Of a DNA stretch of 64,000 nt, positions 40,765 through 51,402 are shown piece after piece. Under the pieces are notes generated by a model. The model was not told the DNA's origin. It ran no database searches and saw only the letters and a program-made list of their open reading frames with translations. Each line of letters opens with the position of its first letter. Position 1 is the stretch's first letter. The position numbers and the translations under genes were made by a program. This DNA comes from Hydrurus foetidus (Eukaryota): NCBI GenBank assembly GCA_900617105.1, contig UYFQ01000005.1, forward strand, positions 1 through 64,000. Direction: 5' to 3'.

Positions 40765-41482
40765 GGTCAGTCACCCCCATGTAAATCTCTCGCACGGTGT
40801 CGCTGTCCATCACCTGATGGGGGTTGCCTTCCAGCAGTTTTTTACCAAAGTGCAACACCATCAAGCGGGTGGCCACGGCTTTGAGGGCGTGAGGAATGTG
40901 TTCTATCCAAACGGTGGCGTAGTCACTCTTCAGTTCTAGCACCAGTGCTATCAAAACATACACCTCGGCCTCGGTCAGGCCACCAGCAATCTCATCGAGC
41001 AGCAGCACCTTGGGTTTGGCGGACAAGGCTTTGGCCAGCTCCAGGCGCTTGCGGTCCAGCAGGGGCAGTTTGCCAGCCAGGGTATCGGCCTTGGCACCCA
41101 AGCCTGCACGCTGGATTTGGGTGGCGGCAAAGTCCTGTGCCTCAGCACCGTGGAGGCGCGCACCAAACTGGGCGGCCACCAGGGCATTTTCAAACGCCGT
41201 CAGGTGCATGAACGGCTGCGGTACTTGGAAAGCCCGCGCCACACCGACATGCACCCGTGTGTGGGCGGGGAGTTTAATGATCTCTTGACCGTCCAGCTGG
41301 ATGCTGCCTGCACCCGCCTCCACCGTGCCGGTGATGAGATTGAGCAGCGTGGTTTTGCCCGCGCCATTCGGGCCAATCACGCCCAAGCATTCGCCTTTGT
41401 TCAGCGCAAAGGCGATGTCGTCAGCCACGGTGATTTCGCCATAGCGTTTGCACAGGCCAGCGACACGGAGCAGATCAGTCAT
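40751..41482 (-). CDS. ABC ATPase (LivG-like)
   Basis: GPNGAGKT, LLLDE. Confidence 0.93.
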   Translation of the reverse strand: MTDLLRVAGLCKRYGEITVADDIAFALNKGECLGVIGPNGAGKTTLLNLITGTVEAGAGSIQLDGQEIIKLPAHTRVHVGVARAFQVPQPFMHLTAFENALVAAQFGARLHGAEAQDFAATQIQRAGLGAKADTLAGKLPLLDRKRLELAKALSAKPKVLLLDEIAGGLTEAEVYVLIALVLELKSDYATVWIEHIPHALKAVATRLMVLHFGKKLLEGNPHQVMDSDTVREIYMGVTDHATA

Positions 41483-41497
41483 ACGGTCAACCCTGCC

Positions 41498-42859
41498 TCA
41501 ACGCAGCATGGAGAGCAGCTTCAAGTCGGACTCGACCGGGATGTGTTTGCCGCTGATGTTGTTGACGATCAACAACTCATACTGGAACTTCTTGCCGGGC
41601 TTGGCCTTGCGCCATTGACCACCAACCATGCTGGTCAGTGCCACGTTTTTGATCGGAGAGCCTTTGAACTTGACCGGGCCAACGATGGTGTCCACCGACA
41701 AATTGGCAATCGCGTCGCGCAGGGATTTCGGGTCTTTCGGATCAACAGCCGCCTTCAAAGCGGCAAAGCCGACTTCCCACAACGCGTGACCATAGCCCAG
41801 GGGCTGCGTCCACTGCTTGCCGCCCGAGGCTTCCCACTCTTCGCACAAGGCCCGCGCACTTTGCCCGGTGATGGACGATTTGAACGGGAAGGCGGGTGTC
41901 CACCAGACTTCGGTGGACATGCCGTCGCCACGTGGGCCGAGTGAGTTGATGGCGCTGGGAAACAGGAAAGGCGCGGCCACGGTGCAGACCTCGGGCTTGA
42001 AGTTGGCCTGCGCAGCCTGGTTCCAAAACGTCGTCCAGTGCATGTCGAACATGAAACCGGTGACGATGTCGCACTTGGCGTTTTTAAAGGTGGATATTTG
42101 ATTGGAGAAATCGTCCGTTTGCAATTTAAAGAAGCCGCCTTGCGTGTGCTTGTACGAGGGGTTACGCCCAAAGCCCGCTACCAAGCCGTTTACCGGGTCA
42201 GCCATCGCCTTGCCGACGGGGCTGTCAATGAAGAAGGAGCCCACGGTTTTGGTGGTTTTGACCGATTCCCACATGTTGAAAAAAGTGCGGTCAATCTCGT
42301 CTGCGCCCCAGAAAAAGTGGAAGGTGTAAGGGAAGCCCTTGCCTGGGTTGGAGCCCCGGCCAAACATCCAGGCTTGCCAAGGCGACATGGTGGAGATAGT
42401 GGGGATGCCCTTGACATCGCACAGCTCGCCCAAAGCATTGGCAGCGTCGGCATCTTGGATCAGCATCAGGTCAATCTTGTCGCGGTTAATCAGTTCATTG
42501 CCGATCACCATCGAGCGGTTCATGTCAGACTGGTTGTCCTTCAGGATGATCTCTACCTTGTAGTCTTTGCCGTTGGCGCTGAAGCCTTTTTCCAGAATCT
42601 TTTTGATGCGATCGAGGTTCCAGACATCGGCTTCACCGAAGTTAGCCCGCACGCCCGACAAGGCGGTGATGTAGCCAATTTTCAAGGTACGGCTGGCAGC
42701 ATGGGCATTGCCCACCAACGACATACCCGCAGCCGCCGCCACACCGGCATTCACACCCGCCTTGAGCACAGAGCGGCGGGGCAAAACCCCGTGTGGCCGT
42801 GAATGCTCTGCGGTTTGAGTTTTTGAATCAGTCGCCACAGTAAAGTGATTGGTGGTCAT
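41498..42859 (-). CDS. ABC substrate-binding protein (LivK-like) with Tat signal
   Basis: PRRSVLK twin-arginine motif; LKIGYI; first gene of ABC operon. Confidence 0.88.
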   Translation of the reverse strand: MTTNHFTVATDSKTQTAEHSRPHGVLPRRSVLKAGVNAGVAAAAGMSLVGNAHAASRTLKIGYITALSGVRANFGEADVWNLDRIKKILEKGFSANGKDYKVEIILKDNQSDMNRSMVIGNELINRDKIDLMLIQDADAANALGELCDVKGIPTISTMSPWQAWMFGRGSNPGKGFPYTFHFFWGADEIDRTFFNMWESVKTTKTVGSFFIDSPVGKAMADPVNGLVAGFGRNPSYKHTQGGFFKLQTDDFSNQISTFKNAKCDIVTGFMFDMHWTTFWNQAAQANFKPEVCTVAAPFLFPSAINSLGPRGDGMSTEVWWTPAFPFKSSITGQSARALCEEWEASGGKQWTQPLGYGHALWEVGFAALKAAVDPKDPKSLRDAIANLSVDTIVGPVKFKGSPIKNVALTSMVGGQWRKAKPGKKFQYELLIVNNISGKHIPVESDLKLLSMLR

Positions 42860-42904
42860 AGGAAAGCCTCAGATTAGTGACAGTTAGACGCCTTGGAAAA
42901 GCAG

Positions 42905-42938
42905 AGTCTAGGGCACTTAAATTTCGTCGTCAACGATA
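42905..42938 (-). promoter_or_regulatory. Promoter with palindromic operator (site 4)
   Basis: TTGACG (42933-42928), 17 nt, TAGACT (42910-42905); operator TTTCGTCGTCAACGATA 42922-42938. Confidence 0.7.
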
Positions 42939-42981
42939 CAAATACGGGTATTTTTGAATTTTGATGGAAGATGATCTGACC

Positions 42982-43030
42982 TTGACGCTAGCGGGCCATC
43001 CCAGTTATATTACTAACCAGTCAGTCATTA
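42982..43030 (+). promoter_or_regulatory. tetR promoter and candidate TetR operator
   Basis: TTGACG, 18 nt, TATATT; imperfect dyad TACTAACCAGTCAGTCATTA just downstream. Confidence 0.5.
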
Positions 43031-43034
43031 CCGT

Positions 43035-43742
43035 ATGCACCTGCTTAAACAAAAAATCGAAGAAGTCTGCGCCAAGCGCAAACGCCGCAAAGAAGCTCGC
43101 CCCGGCGAACTGCTGGAAGCGGCGTTGGATTTGTTCGTCGAACGGGGCTTTGCTGCTACCCGTGCCGACGACGTGGCTGCGCGGGCGGGGGTTTCCAAGG
43201 GCACGCTGTTCCTCTACTTTCAAAGCAAAGAAGAGCTCTTCAAAGCCGTGGTGCGAGAAAACATTTCAGGCCAGTTCAAACTGTGGAATGCAGAGTTTGA
43301 GACGTTTGAAGGCAACACTTCCGAAATGCTGCGTTACGGCATGAACGCATGGTGGGCCAATATCGGCGCCACCAAAGCCTCAGGCATCACCAAGCTGATG
43401 ATGAGCGAGGCACGCAACTTCCCTGAGCTGGCCGCCTTCTACCATGATGAAGTGATTCGCCCTGGCAATGCGTTGATTCGCCGTATCTTGCAACGCGGTA
43501 TTGACCGAGGCGAATTTCGTGACATCAATATTGACTATGGTGTCTACAGCGTGCTGGCACCGATGATTTTCCTGGTCATGTGGCAGCACTCTATGGGTGC
43601 ATGCGCAGACCCAAGCTTTGAGCTGGTGCCTGAGCAATATATCGCCGCACAGCTGGACACACTGCTTCACGGGCTTTGCACCCAGCCTTCAGCCGCTGAA
43701 GCCTTAACGATTAACCTAAAACAAGAGACCTTTACACCATGA
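43035..43742 (+). CDS. TetR/AcrR regulator
   Basis: RAGVSKGTLFLYFQSKEELF. Confidence 0.95.
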   Translation: MHLLKQKIEEVCAKRKRRKEARPGELLEAALDLFVERGFAATRADDVAARAGVSKGTLFLYFQSKEELFKAVVRENISGQFKLWNAEFETFEGNTSEMLRYGMNAWWANIGATKASGITKLMMSEARNFPELAAFYHDEVIRPGNALIRRILQRGIDRGEFRDINIDYGVYSVLAPMIFLVMWQHSMGACADPSFELVPEQYIAAQLDTLLHGLCTQPSAAEALTINLKQETFTP

Positions 43743-44881
43743 AGCGTTGGATCAAGTGGATTATTGCGATCATCGTTATCACGGCGATTGCTGTGGGCGT
43801 GGCACGCGCCCTCGCAGCCCGCAAAGCACAGCAACAAGCCGTGGCGCTTGCCACACAGACCAAAGCGCAAACGGTGTTTGAGCTGGCCAGCTCAGACGTG
43901 CTGAAAGCCACCACCCATGAATTGGCGCAGGGTTTGCCGATTTCAGGCTCACTCAGAGCCGTCAACACCGCCGTCGTCAAAGCCCGTGTCGCCGGAGAGA
44001 TCAAGGGCTTGACCTTGCGCGAAGGGGACGCCGTCAAAGCCGGGCAGGTGGTCGGCACCGTAGACACCACCGAATACCAAGCCCGCGTCAACCAAGCCCA
44101 GCGCCAAGCCAGCGCCGCCAAAACCCAGATCGACATCGCCCAGCGCCAATACGACAACAACAAGGCCTTGGTAGACCAGGGCTTTATCTCCAAAACCGCG
44201 CTGGACACCTCGCTGGCCACGCTTGAAGGGGCCAAAGCCTCGTATGAAGCCGCCTCTGCCGGGGCTGACGTGGCCCGCAAATCGCTGGACGACGCGGTGC
44301 TGCGTGCGCCGATTTCGGGCTTCGTCTCCCAGCGCCTCACCCAACCGGGCGAGCGTGTCGCGATTGACGCCAAAATCATCGAGATCACCGACCTGAGCCG
44401 CTTAGAGCTCGAAGCCAGCCTCAGCGCCACCGACTCGATGGCCGTGCGCCTGGGGCAAACCGCTTCATTGCGGATAGAAGGCAGCACCACCCCACTCAAC
44501 GCCCGCGTGGTGCGCATCAACCCCAGCGCCCAGACCGGCAGCCGCAGCGTGCTGGTGTACCTGAGCATCGACCAGCCCAGTGGCCTGCGCCAAGGCTTGT
44601 TTGCCCAAGGCACTTTGGGCACCGCCAACACCTCGGTGCTGGCCATACCCGTCAACGCCGTGCGTACAGACAAACCCGCGCCTTATGTGCAGGTGGTGGA
44701 AGACAGCAAAGTCGTCCATAAACCGGTTGAGTTGGGCCTGCGTGGCAACGACAGCCAAGCGCCGGATGCCCCCCTATTGACGGCAGTGAAGGGCCTGAAT
44801 GAAGGCGCAATGGTCATCAGCGGAACGCTTGGGCAACTGCGCGAAGGCACTCTGGTGAAATTCACGGCGAGCGCAAAGTAA
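43739..44881 (+). CDS. RND efflux membrane-fusion protein
   Basis: N-terminal TM, EGDAVKAGQ, RAPISG. Confidence 0.93.
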   Translation: MKRWIKWIIAIIVITAIAVGVARALAARKAQQQAVALATQTKAQTVFELASSDVLKATTHELAQGLPISGSLRAVNTAVVKARVAGEIKGLTLREGDAVKAGQVVGTVDTTEYQARVNQAQRQASAAKTQIDIAQRQYDNNKALVDQGFISKTALDTSLATLEGAKASYEAASAGADVARKSLDDAVLRAPISGFVSQRLTQPGERVAIDAKIIEITDLSRLELEASLSATDSMAVRLGQTASLRIEGSTTPLNARVVRINPSAQTGSRSVLVYLSIDQPSGLRQGLFAQGTLGTANTSVLAIPVNAVRTDKPAPYVQVVEDSKVVHKPVELGLRGNDSQAPDAPLLTAVKGLNEGAMVISGTLGQLREGTLVKFTASAK

Positions 44882-44885
44882 AGCG

Positions 44886-47800
44886 ATGTGGTTCACCCAA
44901 GTCAGCCTGAAAAACCCCGTTTTCGCCACCATGGTGATGCTTGCCCTGGTGGTGTTGGGGCTGTTTTCGTACCAGCGCCTGCAAGTCGATCAGTTCCCGA
45001 ACATTGACTTCCCCGTCGTCGTTATCACCACCGATTACCCTGGCGCTTCGCCCGAAATCATTGAAAGCGAAGTCACCAAAAAGGTGGAAGAAGGTGTTAA
45101 TTCGATTGCTGGCATCAACACCCTTACCTCGCGCAGCTACGAAGGCACATCCGTCGTCATCATCGAGTTCCAACTGACGATTGATGGCCGCAAAGCGGCA
45201 GAAGACGTGCGCGAAAAGATTGCCGCCATCCGCCCCAATTTCCGCACCGAAGTCAAAGACCCCCGGGTGCTGCGCTTTGACCCCTCGGCAAAGGCTATTT
45301 GGTCAATTTCAGTGCTGCCACCACCGGTGAATGCGGCCACCGGCGCACCCGCGATGGATGCCGTGGCACTCACCAACTGGGCCGATCAAACCCTTAAGAA
45401 ACGGCTTGAAAACGTGCGCGGTGTCGGCTCCGTCACCCTGGTGGGTGGCACCAAACGCGAGATCAACATTTACCTCAACCCACAGGCCATGGAAGCGCTG
45501 GGCGTGACCGCTGACCAAGTGGTCACCGCCGTGAAAGGCGAAAACCAAGACTTGCCGGTGGGGGCCATCCGCTCGCTGCAATCCGAGCGCGTGGTGCAAA
45601 TCGCCGCCCGCATGAAGCGCCCCGAAGACTTCAACGACATCATCGTCACCCGTAAAAATGGTGTGGCTGTTCGCATCAACCAAGTGGCACGGGTGGCTGA
45701 CGGTGCGCAAGAAATCGACAGCCTCGCGCTCTACAACGGCCAGCGCACCCTGTTGCTGACGGTGCAAAAAGCGCAAGACGAGAACACCATTGAAGTCGTC
45801 GATGCGCTGAATGCCGCTGTGACCGCTATCACGCCGCAGTTACCTGCTGGCGTGCGCTTGGAATCCATCACCGACGGCTCGCGCTCGATCCGTGTGTCGG
45901 TAGACAACGTACGCCGCACGCTGATCGAAGGCGCTGGTTTGACGGTGCTGATTGTGTTTTTGTTCCTGAACTCATGGCGCTCCACCGTTATCACGGGGCT
46001 GACGCTGCCGATTTCCATCATCGGCACCTTTTTGTTCATGAACATGTTTGGCTTCACCATCAACATGATCACGCTGATGGCCTTGTCGCTGTGCGTGGGC
46101 TTGCTGATTGACGATGCGATTGTGGTGCGCGAAAACATCGTGCGCCATGTGCAAATGGGCAAGTCACCCTACGACGCGGCGATGGAAGGCACCCGCGAAA
46201 TTGGCTTGGCCGTGCTGGCCACCACCTTTTCTATCGTTGCGGTGTTCATGCCGATTGGCTTCATGGGCGGCATCATCGGTAAATTCTTTCACCAGTTCGG
46301 TATCACCATCGTAGCCTCGGTGATGATTTCGATGTTTGTCAGTTTCACGCTCGATCCGATGCTCTCCAGCATTTGGCACGACCCCAGCATTGACCGCCAC
46401 GGCAAACGTGGCCCGCCGGTCACGTTCTACGACAAAACAATTGGCCGCATCACCGGCTTGTTTGACAGCGCCACCGATTCGCTGGCCGAGGGCTACCAAA
46501 ACATCTTGCGCTGGTCACTGAAGCACAAACTGGTGACGGTGCTGCTGTCTGTGGCGATTTTTATCACCAGTATTTTCATGGTGCCGCTCTTGGGCACCGA
46601 GTTTGTGCCCAAGGCAGACTTCTCAGAAACCTCAGTGAGCTTCTACACCCCGGTAGGCTCGTCGCTGGAAGTGACAGAAGCCAAATCCAAACAGGTCGAA
46701 GCCATCATCCGCGAGTTCCCTGAAGTGCGCTACACGCTGGCCACTATCAACACCGGCAATGCAGCAGGCAAGATATACGCCAGCGTTTACGTGCGCATGG
46801 TAGACCGCAAGCTGCGCAGCCGCAGCGTAGACCAAATGTCAGCCGCGCTGCGTGACCGCCTGCAGCAAGTGCCCGGCATCACCGTGACCCATGCGGGTTT
46901 GCTGGATGCCGTAGGTGGCAACAAGCAGGTGGAATTCTCTTTGCAAGGCCCGGACACCCAAGAGCTGGAGCGCTTGGCCAAAATCGTGATGGACAAAGTT
47001 CGGCCCGTGCCCGGTTTGGTGGACTTGGATTCCAGCGTGAAAGCGGCCAAACCTACCATCGACATTGAGGTGAAGCGCGGCGCAGCCAGCGATTTGGGCC
47101 TCACGGTGGCCCAAATCGGCAGCCAGCTGCGCACGCTGGTGGCCGGTCAAACGGTGGGCAATTGGCGTGCCTCTGACGACCAGACCTACGACGTGAACGT
47201 GCGCCTCGCCCCTGACGCTCGCAACGCACTGCAAGACCTGGAGCGCCTGCCCTTCACCGTGGGTGCCAATGCCGACGGCTCCTCGCGCATCGTGCGGGTG
47301 AACCAGATCGCCACCGTGCGCGAATCCACCGGCTCCAACCAGATCAACCGCCGCGATTTGACCCGCGAGGTCGCCATCAACGCCAACGTCTACGCCCGCT
47401 CCGCCGGTGAAGTGTCCAACGACATCAAGGCCATCATGGAAGACATCCCGCTGCCACCGGGTTACAGCTACCAGTTCGGTGGCAGCACCAAAAACATGGC
47501 TGAATCGTTCGGATACGCCGTATCGGCACTGGCACTAGCTATCATTTTTATTTACATGATCCTGGCCAGCCAGTTCAAAAGCTTCTTGCAACCACTGGCG
47601 CTGATGACTGCCCTGCCCCTGACGCTCATCGGCGTGGTGCTGGCGCTGCTGATGTTCCGTTCTACGCTGTCGATGTTCTCGGTGATTGGCGTGGTGATGC
47701 TGATGGGCTTGGTCACCAAAAACGCGATTTTGCTGGTGGATTTCGCCATCCGCTCGCGCGAATTTGTGCAAGCGGAGGATGGCTCGCACCTGCCCGGCCT

Positions 47801-48080
47801 ACCCCGCAACGAAGCCCTGCTGCTGGCCGCTAAAGTACGCTTGCGCCCGATTTTGATGACCACGCTGGCCATGATCTTTGGCATGGTGCCGCTGGCCTTT
47901 GCCATCACCGAAGGCTCAGAGCAACGCGCCCCGATGGGCCAAGCGGTGATTGGCGGTGTCATCACCTCGTCGCTGCTGACTTTGGTGGTGGTGCCGGTGG
48001 TGTACTGCTACATGGACGACCTGGCCCAGTGGGTCAAAAGTAAATTCGGTGGCAGCTCTAAAATTCACACCTTGTCCTGA
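44886..48080 (+). CDS. RND efflux permease (AcrB family)
   Basis: [31 protein letters not shown]. Confidence 0.96.
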   Translation: MWFTQVSLKNPVFATMVMLALVVLGLFSYQRLQVDQFPNIDFPVVVITTDYPGASPEIIESEVTKKVEEGVNSIAGINTLTSRSYEGTSVVIIEFQLTIDGRKAAEDVREKIAAIRPNFRTEVKDPRVLRFDPSAKAIWSISVLPPPVNAATGAPAMDAVALTNWADQTLKKRLENVRGVGSVTLVGGTKREINIYLNPQAMEALGVTADQVVTAVKGENQDLPVGAIRSLQSERVVQIAARMKRPEDFNDIIVTRKNGVAVRINQVARVADGAQEIDSLALYNGQRTLLLTVQKAQDENTIEVVDALNAAVTAITPQLPAGVRLESITDGSRSIRVSVDNVRRTLIEGAGLTVLIVFLFLNSWRSTVITGLTLPISIIGTFLFMNMFGFTINMITLMALSLCVGLLIDDAIVVRENIVRHVQMGKSPYDAAMEGTREIGLAVLATTFSIVAVFMPIGFMGGIIGKFFHQFGITIVASVMISMFVSFTLDPMLSSIWHDPSIDRHGKRGPPVTFYDKTIGRITGLFDSATDSLAEGYQNILRWSLKHKLVTVLLSVAIFITSIFMVPLLGTEFVPKADFSETSVSFYTPVGSSLEVTEAKSKQVEAIIREFPEVRYTLATINTGNAAGKIYASVYVRMVDRKLRSRSVDQMSAALRDRLQQVPGITVTHAGLLDAVGGNKQVEFSLQGPDTQELERLAKIVMDKVRPVPGLVDLDSSVKAAKPTIDIEVKRGAASDLGLTVAQIGSQLRTLVAGQTVGNWRASDDQTYDVNVRLAPDARNALQDLERLPFTVGANADGSSRIVRVNQIATVRESTGSNQINRRDLTREVAINANVYARSAGEVSNDIKAIMEDIPLPPGYSYQFGGSTKNMAESFGYAVSALALAIIFIYMILASQFKSFLQPLALMTALPLTLIGVVLALLMFRSTLSMFSVIGVVMLMGLVTKNAILLVDFAIRSREFVQAEDGSHLPGLPRNEALLLAAKVRLRPILMTTLAMIFGMVPLAFAITEGSEQRAPMGQAVIGGVITSSLLTLVVVPVVYCYMDDLAQWVKSKFGGSSKIHTLS

Positions 48081-48123
48081 TGACTGACAAGCACTGATAC
48101 CGACCACACCCCGAGAACACCCC

Positions 48124-48777
48124 ATGAACATCGAACAAGCCCGCTTCAACATGATCGAGCAGCAAATCCGCCCCTGGGATGTGCTGGACGCTGACATTTT
48201 GGCCCTGCTATCCACCATCAAGCGCGAAGCTTTTGTGCCTCTGGCCCACAAAGCCCTGGCGTTTGTGGACACCGAGCTGCCCTTGAGCGATGGCCAGTTC
48301 ATGCTGTCACCCAAGCTGGAAGCCCGCTTGGTTCACGATCTGAAGGTTCAAAAGCACGAGCGCGTGCTGGAAGTCGGTGCAGGCTCGGGCTACATGGCCG
48401 CGCTGCTGGGCAGCCGTGCCGCACAAGTGCTGTCTTTGGAAATCAAACCCGCGTTGGTGGATTTCGCCAAGAGCAACCTGCGCAACGCAGGTATCAGCAA
48501 CGTGGAAGTGCGCCGCGCAGATGCGTCCAAAGACGCCGACGTGCTGGGCAGCTTTGACGTGATTTTGCTCAGCGGCTCCGTGGCCAGTGTGCCGTCTGCT
48601 CTGCTGAACCTGCTCAAACCCGGCGGCCGCCTCGCCGCCATCGTCGGCAGTGAGCCCGTGATGCGTGCCCATTTCGTGACCTGCACCGCACCCGCCATCT
48701 TCGAGACGCGCCAACCGTGGGACACCATCGCACCGCGCTTGCTGAACTTCCCTGAGTCCTCACATTTCAGCTTTTAA
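48124..48777 (+). CDS. pcm: Protein-L-isoaspartate O-methyltransferase family
   Basis: ARFNMIEQQIRPWDV, VLEVGAGSGY. Confidence 0.88.
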   Translation: MNIEQARFNMIEQQIRPWDVLDADILALLSTIKREAFVPLAHKALAFVDTELPLSDGQFMLSPKLEARLVHDLKVQKHERVLEVGAGSGYMAALLGSRAAQVLSLEIKPALVDFAKSNLRNAGISNVEVRRADASKDADVLGSFDVILLSGSVASVPSALLNLLKPGGRLAAIVGSEPVMRAHFVTCTAPAIFETRQPWDTIAPRLLNFPESSHFSF

Positions 48778-48809
48778 TTTTTAATTTCCGTTTCACGCCT
48801 GTTTTGACC

Positions 48810-49172
48810 ATGATTGACCACATCAGCCCCTCAGCCCTGCCCGCTTGGCTGGCCACCCACACCACGGCTGGCGAGCACGGCACCCCCATCGTGCTTGACG
48901 TGCGCGAACCCTGGGAACTCCAAACCGCATCAGTCAAAACCACACCCGCCATCAGCGGCTTCACCCTGGTAAGCATCCCCATGCGCGACGTGCCCTCTCG
49001 TTTGGGCGAACTCGCTGCCCAGCAGCCCATCGCCTGCCTGTGCCACCATGGTGCCCGCAGCCTGCAAGTGGCGAATTTTTTGGTTCAAAACGGTTTCAGC
49101 ATCGTGGTCAACATCAGTGGCGGCATTGCCACTTGGGCGGACGAGCTGGACACGAGTATTCCCCAGTATTGA
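48810..49172 (+). CDS. Rhodanese-like protein
   Basis: LDVREPWE, CHHGARS. Confidence 0.9.
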   Translation: MIDHISPSALPAWLATHTTAGEHGTPIVLDVREPWELQTASVKTTPAISGFTLVSIPMRDVPSRLGELAAQQPIACLCHHGARSLQVANFLVQNGFSIVVNISGGIATWADELDTSIPQY

Positions 49173-49251
49173 CATTGACTGACCCCTGCTGACCCTCCTC
49201 CTCCCGCCCGCTGGTCTGGTGGGCCTGTTTCATCCCCACTCTAGGAAGCGT

Positions 49252-50595
49252 ATGAGTCTGTTTCGCCTTTTGCCACTGTCTATTGCCCTCTTCGCGGCGC
49301 TACCGTCTCAAGCGCAAAATTTGCTGGAGATGTATGACGCTGCCCGCGTCTATGACGCAGCTTTTCAGTCGGCACGCAACCTGTTCGATGCCAACCAGAC
49401 CAAGACTGAGCAGGCCCGTGCCGGCTTGCTGCCCAGCGCGGGTTTGGCGGCATCCGTGCAACGCTCAAAATTACAGGTATTTCCTGATTTAGGCGGAGCA
49501 GCCAACAATGTAGACCGCGTTTTTGGTTCTAAAAGCGCCACCGTCAGCGCCAGCCAGCCGCTGTACCGCCCTGCCAACGTGGCACAGTACAAGCAAGGCG
49601 TCAAACAAGTTGAACTGGCCGATGCCCAGTTACAGGCCGCTGAGCAAGACCTGCTGATCCGCGTCAGCCAAGCTTATTTCGACGTACTGGCTTCGCAAGA
49701 CAGCTTGACTTTCATCAAAGCCCAAAAAGCCGCCGTGGCCGAACAGCTCGCGTTCGCCAAGCGCAATTTTGAAGTCGGCACCTCCACCATCACCGACACC
49801 CGCGAAGCCCAAGCCCGCTATGACTTGGTGATTGCCCAAGAAATCGCCGCTGAAAACGACTTGCGGGTCAAGAAAATTGCCCTCGACCAACTGGTCGGTA
49901 AACAAGGCACCCAGCCCAAAGCCTTGGCCAGCACCATCGCCCTGCCCGCCTTGCTGCCTGATGAAGTGAACACCTGGGTAGACCTCTCGCAAGCCCAGCA
50001 CCCCAGCATCAAGCAAGCCCAAATCGCACTGGACGTGGCCGAATTGGAAACCCAAAAAGCCGAGGCCGGTCACAAGCCCACAGTGGACTTGGTAGGCAGC
50101 TACACCGGCACCCGCAATGACAACGGCACCTCCACCTCGGGGGTCTCGTCGGTAGGCTCCAAGGTGTACGTTGGCACCGTAGGCATCAACGTCAACATCC
50201 CTCTGTTTGCCGGTTTCGCCACCCAAGGCCGCATCAAAGAAACCCTGGCCTTGGAAGACAAAGCCCGCAACGACCTCGAAGGTGCCCGCCGTGCCGTGGC
50301 CCAAGGCACGCGCACCGCTTACTTTGGCGTGGTGTCCGGCCAAGGCCAAGTGAAAGCCCTGGAAGCCGCAGAAGCCTCCAGCCAGAGCGCCCTGGAAGCC
50401 AACCAACTCGGCTACCGCGTCGGCGTGCGCATCAACATCGACGTGCTGAACGCCCAAAGCCAGCTGTTCCAAACCAAGCGCGACCTGGCCAAAGCCCGCT
50501 ACGACGTGCTGGTCGGTGGGCTCAAGCTGCGCCAAGCCAATGGCACCCTGCAAGCCCAAGACTTGAGCGTGGTGAACGGCTTGCTGGCCCCTTGA
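49252..50595 (+). CDS. tolC: TolC-family outer-membrane channel
   Basis: QAYFDVL, GYRVGVRINIDVLNAQ. Confidence 0.93.
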   Translation: MSLFRLLPLSIALFAALPSQAQNLLEMYDAARVYDAAFQSARNLFDANQTKTEQARAGLLPSAGLAASVQRSKLQVFPDLGGAANNVDRVFGSKSATVSASQPLYRPANVAQYKQGVKQVELADAQLQAAEQDLLIRVSQAYFDVLASQDSLTFIKAQKAAVAEQLAFAKRNFEVGTSTITDTREAQARYDLVIAQEIAAENDLRVKKIALDQLVGKQGTQPKALASTIALPALLPDEVNTWVDLSQAQHPSIKQAQIALDVAELETQKAEAGHKPTVDLVGSYTGTRNDNGTSTSGVSSVGSKVYVGTVGINVNIPLFAGFATQGRIKETLALEDKARNDLEGARRAVAQGTRTAYFGVVSGQGQVKALEAAEASSQSALEANQLGYRVGVRINIDVLNAQSQLFQTKRDLAKARYDVLVGGLKLRQANGTLQAQDLSVVNGLLAP

Positions 50596-50628
50596 TGGCC
50601 TAATGCGTCCCCACTGCGCCCCCTTACC

Positions 50629-51291
50629 TTGAACCCCGTTTTAAAAGACACCGTCGTTTACGCAGCCACGGCAATGGTGCTGGCATTCACAATGCCAGCA
50701 CCGGCGCAAACCGTTACCCTCTCAGGCATGGTAGGCGGCAAAGCGCTTGTCATTGTTGATGGTGGCGCTCCAAAAATAATAGCGGCTGGTGACACCTACC
50801 AAGGCGTGAAAGTGGTTTCCACCAACGGCGACACAGCGGTGCTGAGCATCGCGGGCAAATCCCAAACCCTGCGCGTGGGCGAATCCCCCGTCAGCGTCGG
50901 CCAGCACAACATCAGCAACGCAGGCGGCAAAATCACCATCAGCATGGGCAGCGGCGGCCATTTTTTAACCCAAGGCAGCATCAACGGTGCATCCGTACAG
51001 TTCATGGTGGACACCGGCGCCACCACCATAGCGATGGGCGCCAGCGAAGCAAAACGCATGGGCCTGGACTACACCGCAGGCCAACCCGTGCGCATGAACA
51101 CCGCCAACGGCCAATCGATGGGCTACCTGCTCAAGCTCAACTCCGTGCGCATTGGCAGCGTAGAAGTCACCAACGTAGACGCCATCGTCTCCCCCCAACC
51201 CATGCCCTACGTGCTGCTGGGCAACAGCTTTTTGACGCGCTTTTCAATGCGCAGAGACAGCGATGTGATGGTGCTGGAGCGGCGGTACTGA
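50629..51291 (+). CDS. Clan AA (retropepsin-like) aspartic protease, TIGR02281 type
   Basis: FMVDTGAT, TANG, LLGNSFL. Confidence 0.9.
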   Translation: MNPVLKDTVVYAATAMVLAFTMPAPAQTVTLSGMVGGKALVIVDGGAPKIIAAGDTYQGVKVVSTNGDTAVLSIAGKSQTLRVGESPVSVGQHNISNAGGKITISMGSGGHFLTQGSINGASVQFMVDTGATTIAMGASEAKRMGLDYTAGQPVRMNTANGQSMGYLLKLNSVRIGSVEVTNVDAIVSPQPMPYVLLGNSFLTRFSMRRDSDVMVLERRY

Positions 51292-51316
51292 CAAAGACAT
51301 CGTCATTACATATAAT
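51288..51316 (+). promoter_or_regulatory. Sigma70 promoter candidate for NHL gene 1
   Basis: CTGACA (51288-51293), 17 nt, TATAAT (51311-51316). Confidence 0.65.
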
Positions 51317-51375
51317 CTTTATATAATCTTTATATAATCTTTATATAATCTTTATATAATCTTTATATAATCTTT
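51310..51375 (+). repeat. (ATATAATCTTT)x6 perfect tandem array
   Basis: Six exact 11-bp units read directly. Confidence 0.97.
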
Positions 51376-51402
51376 AATTAATAAATAAAAATGGGAGTAA
51401 CT

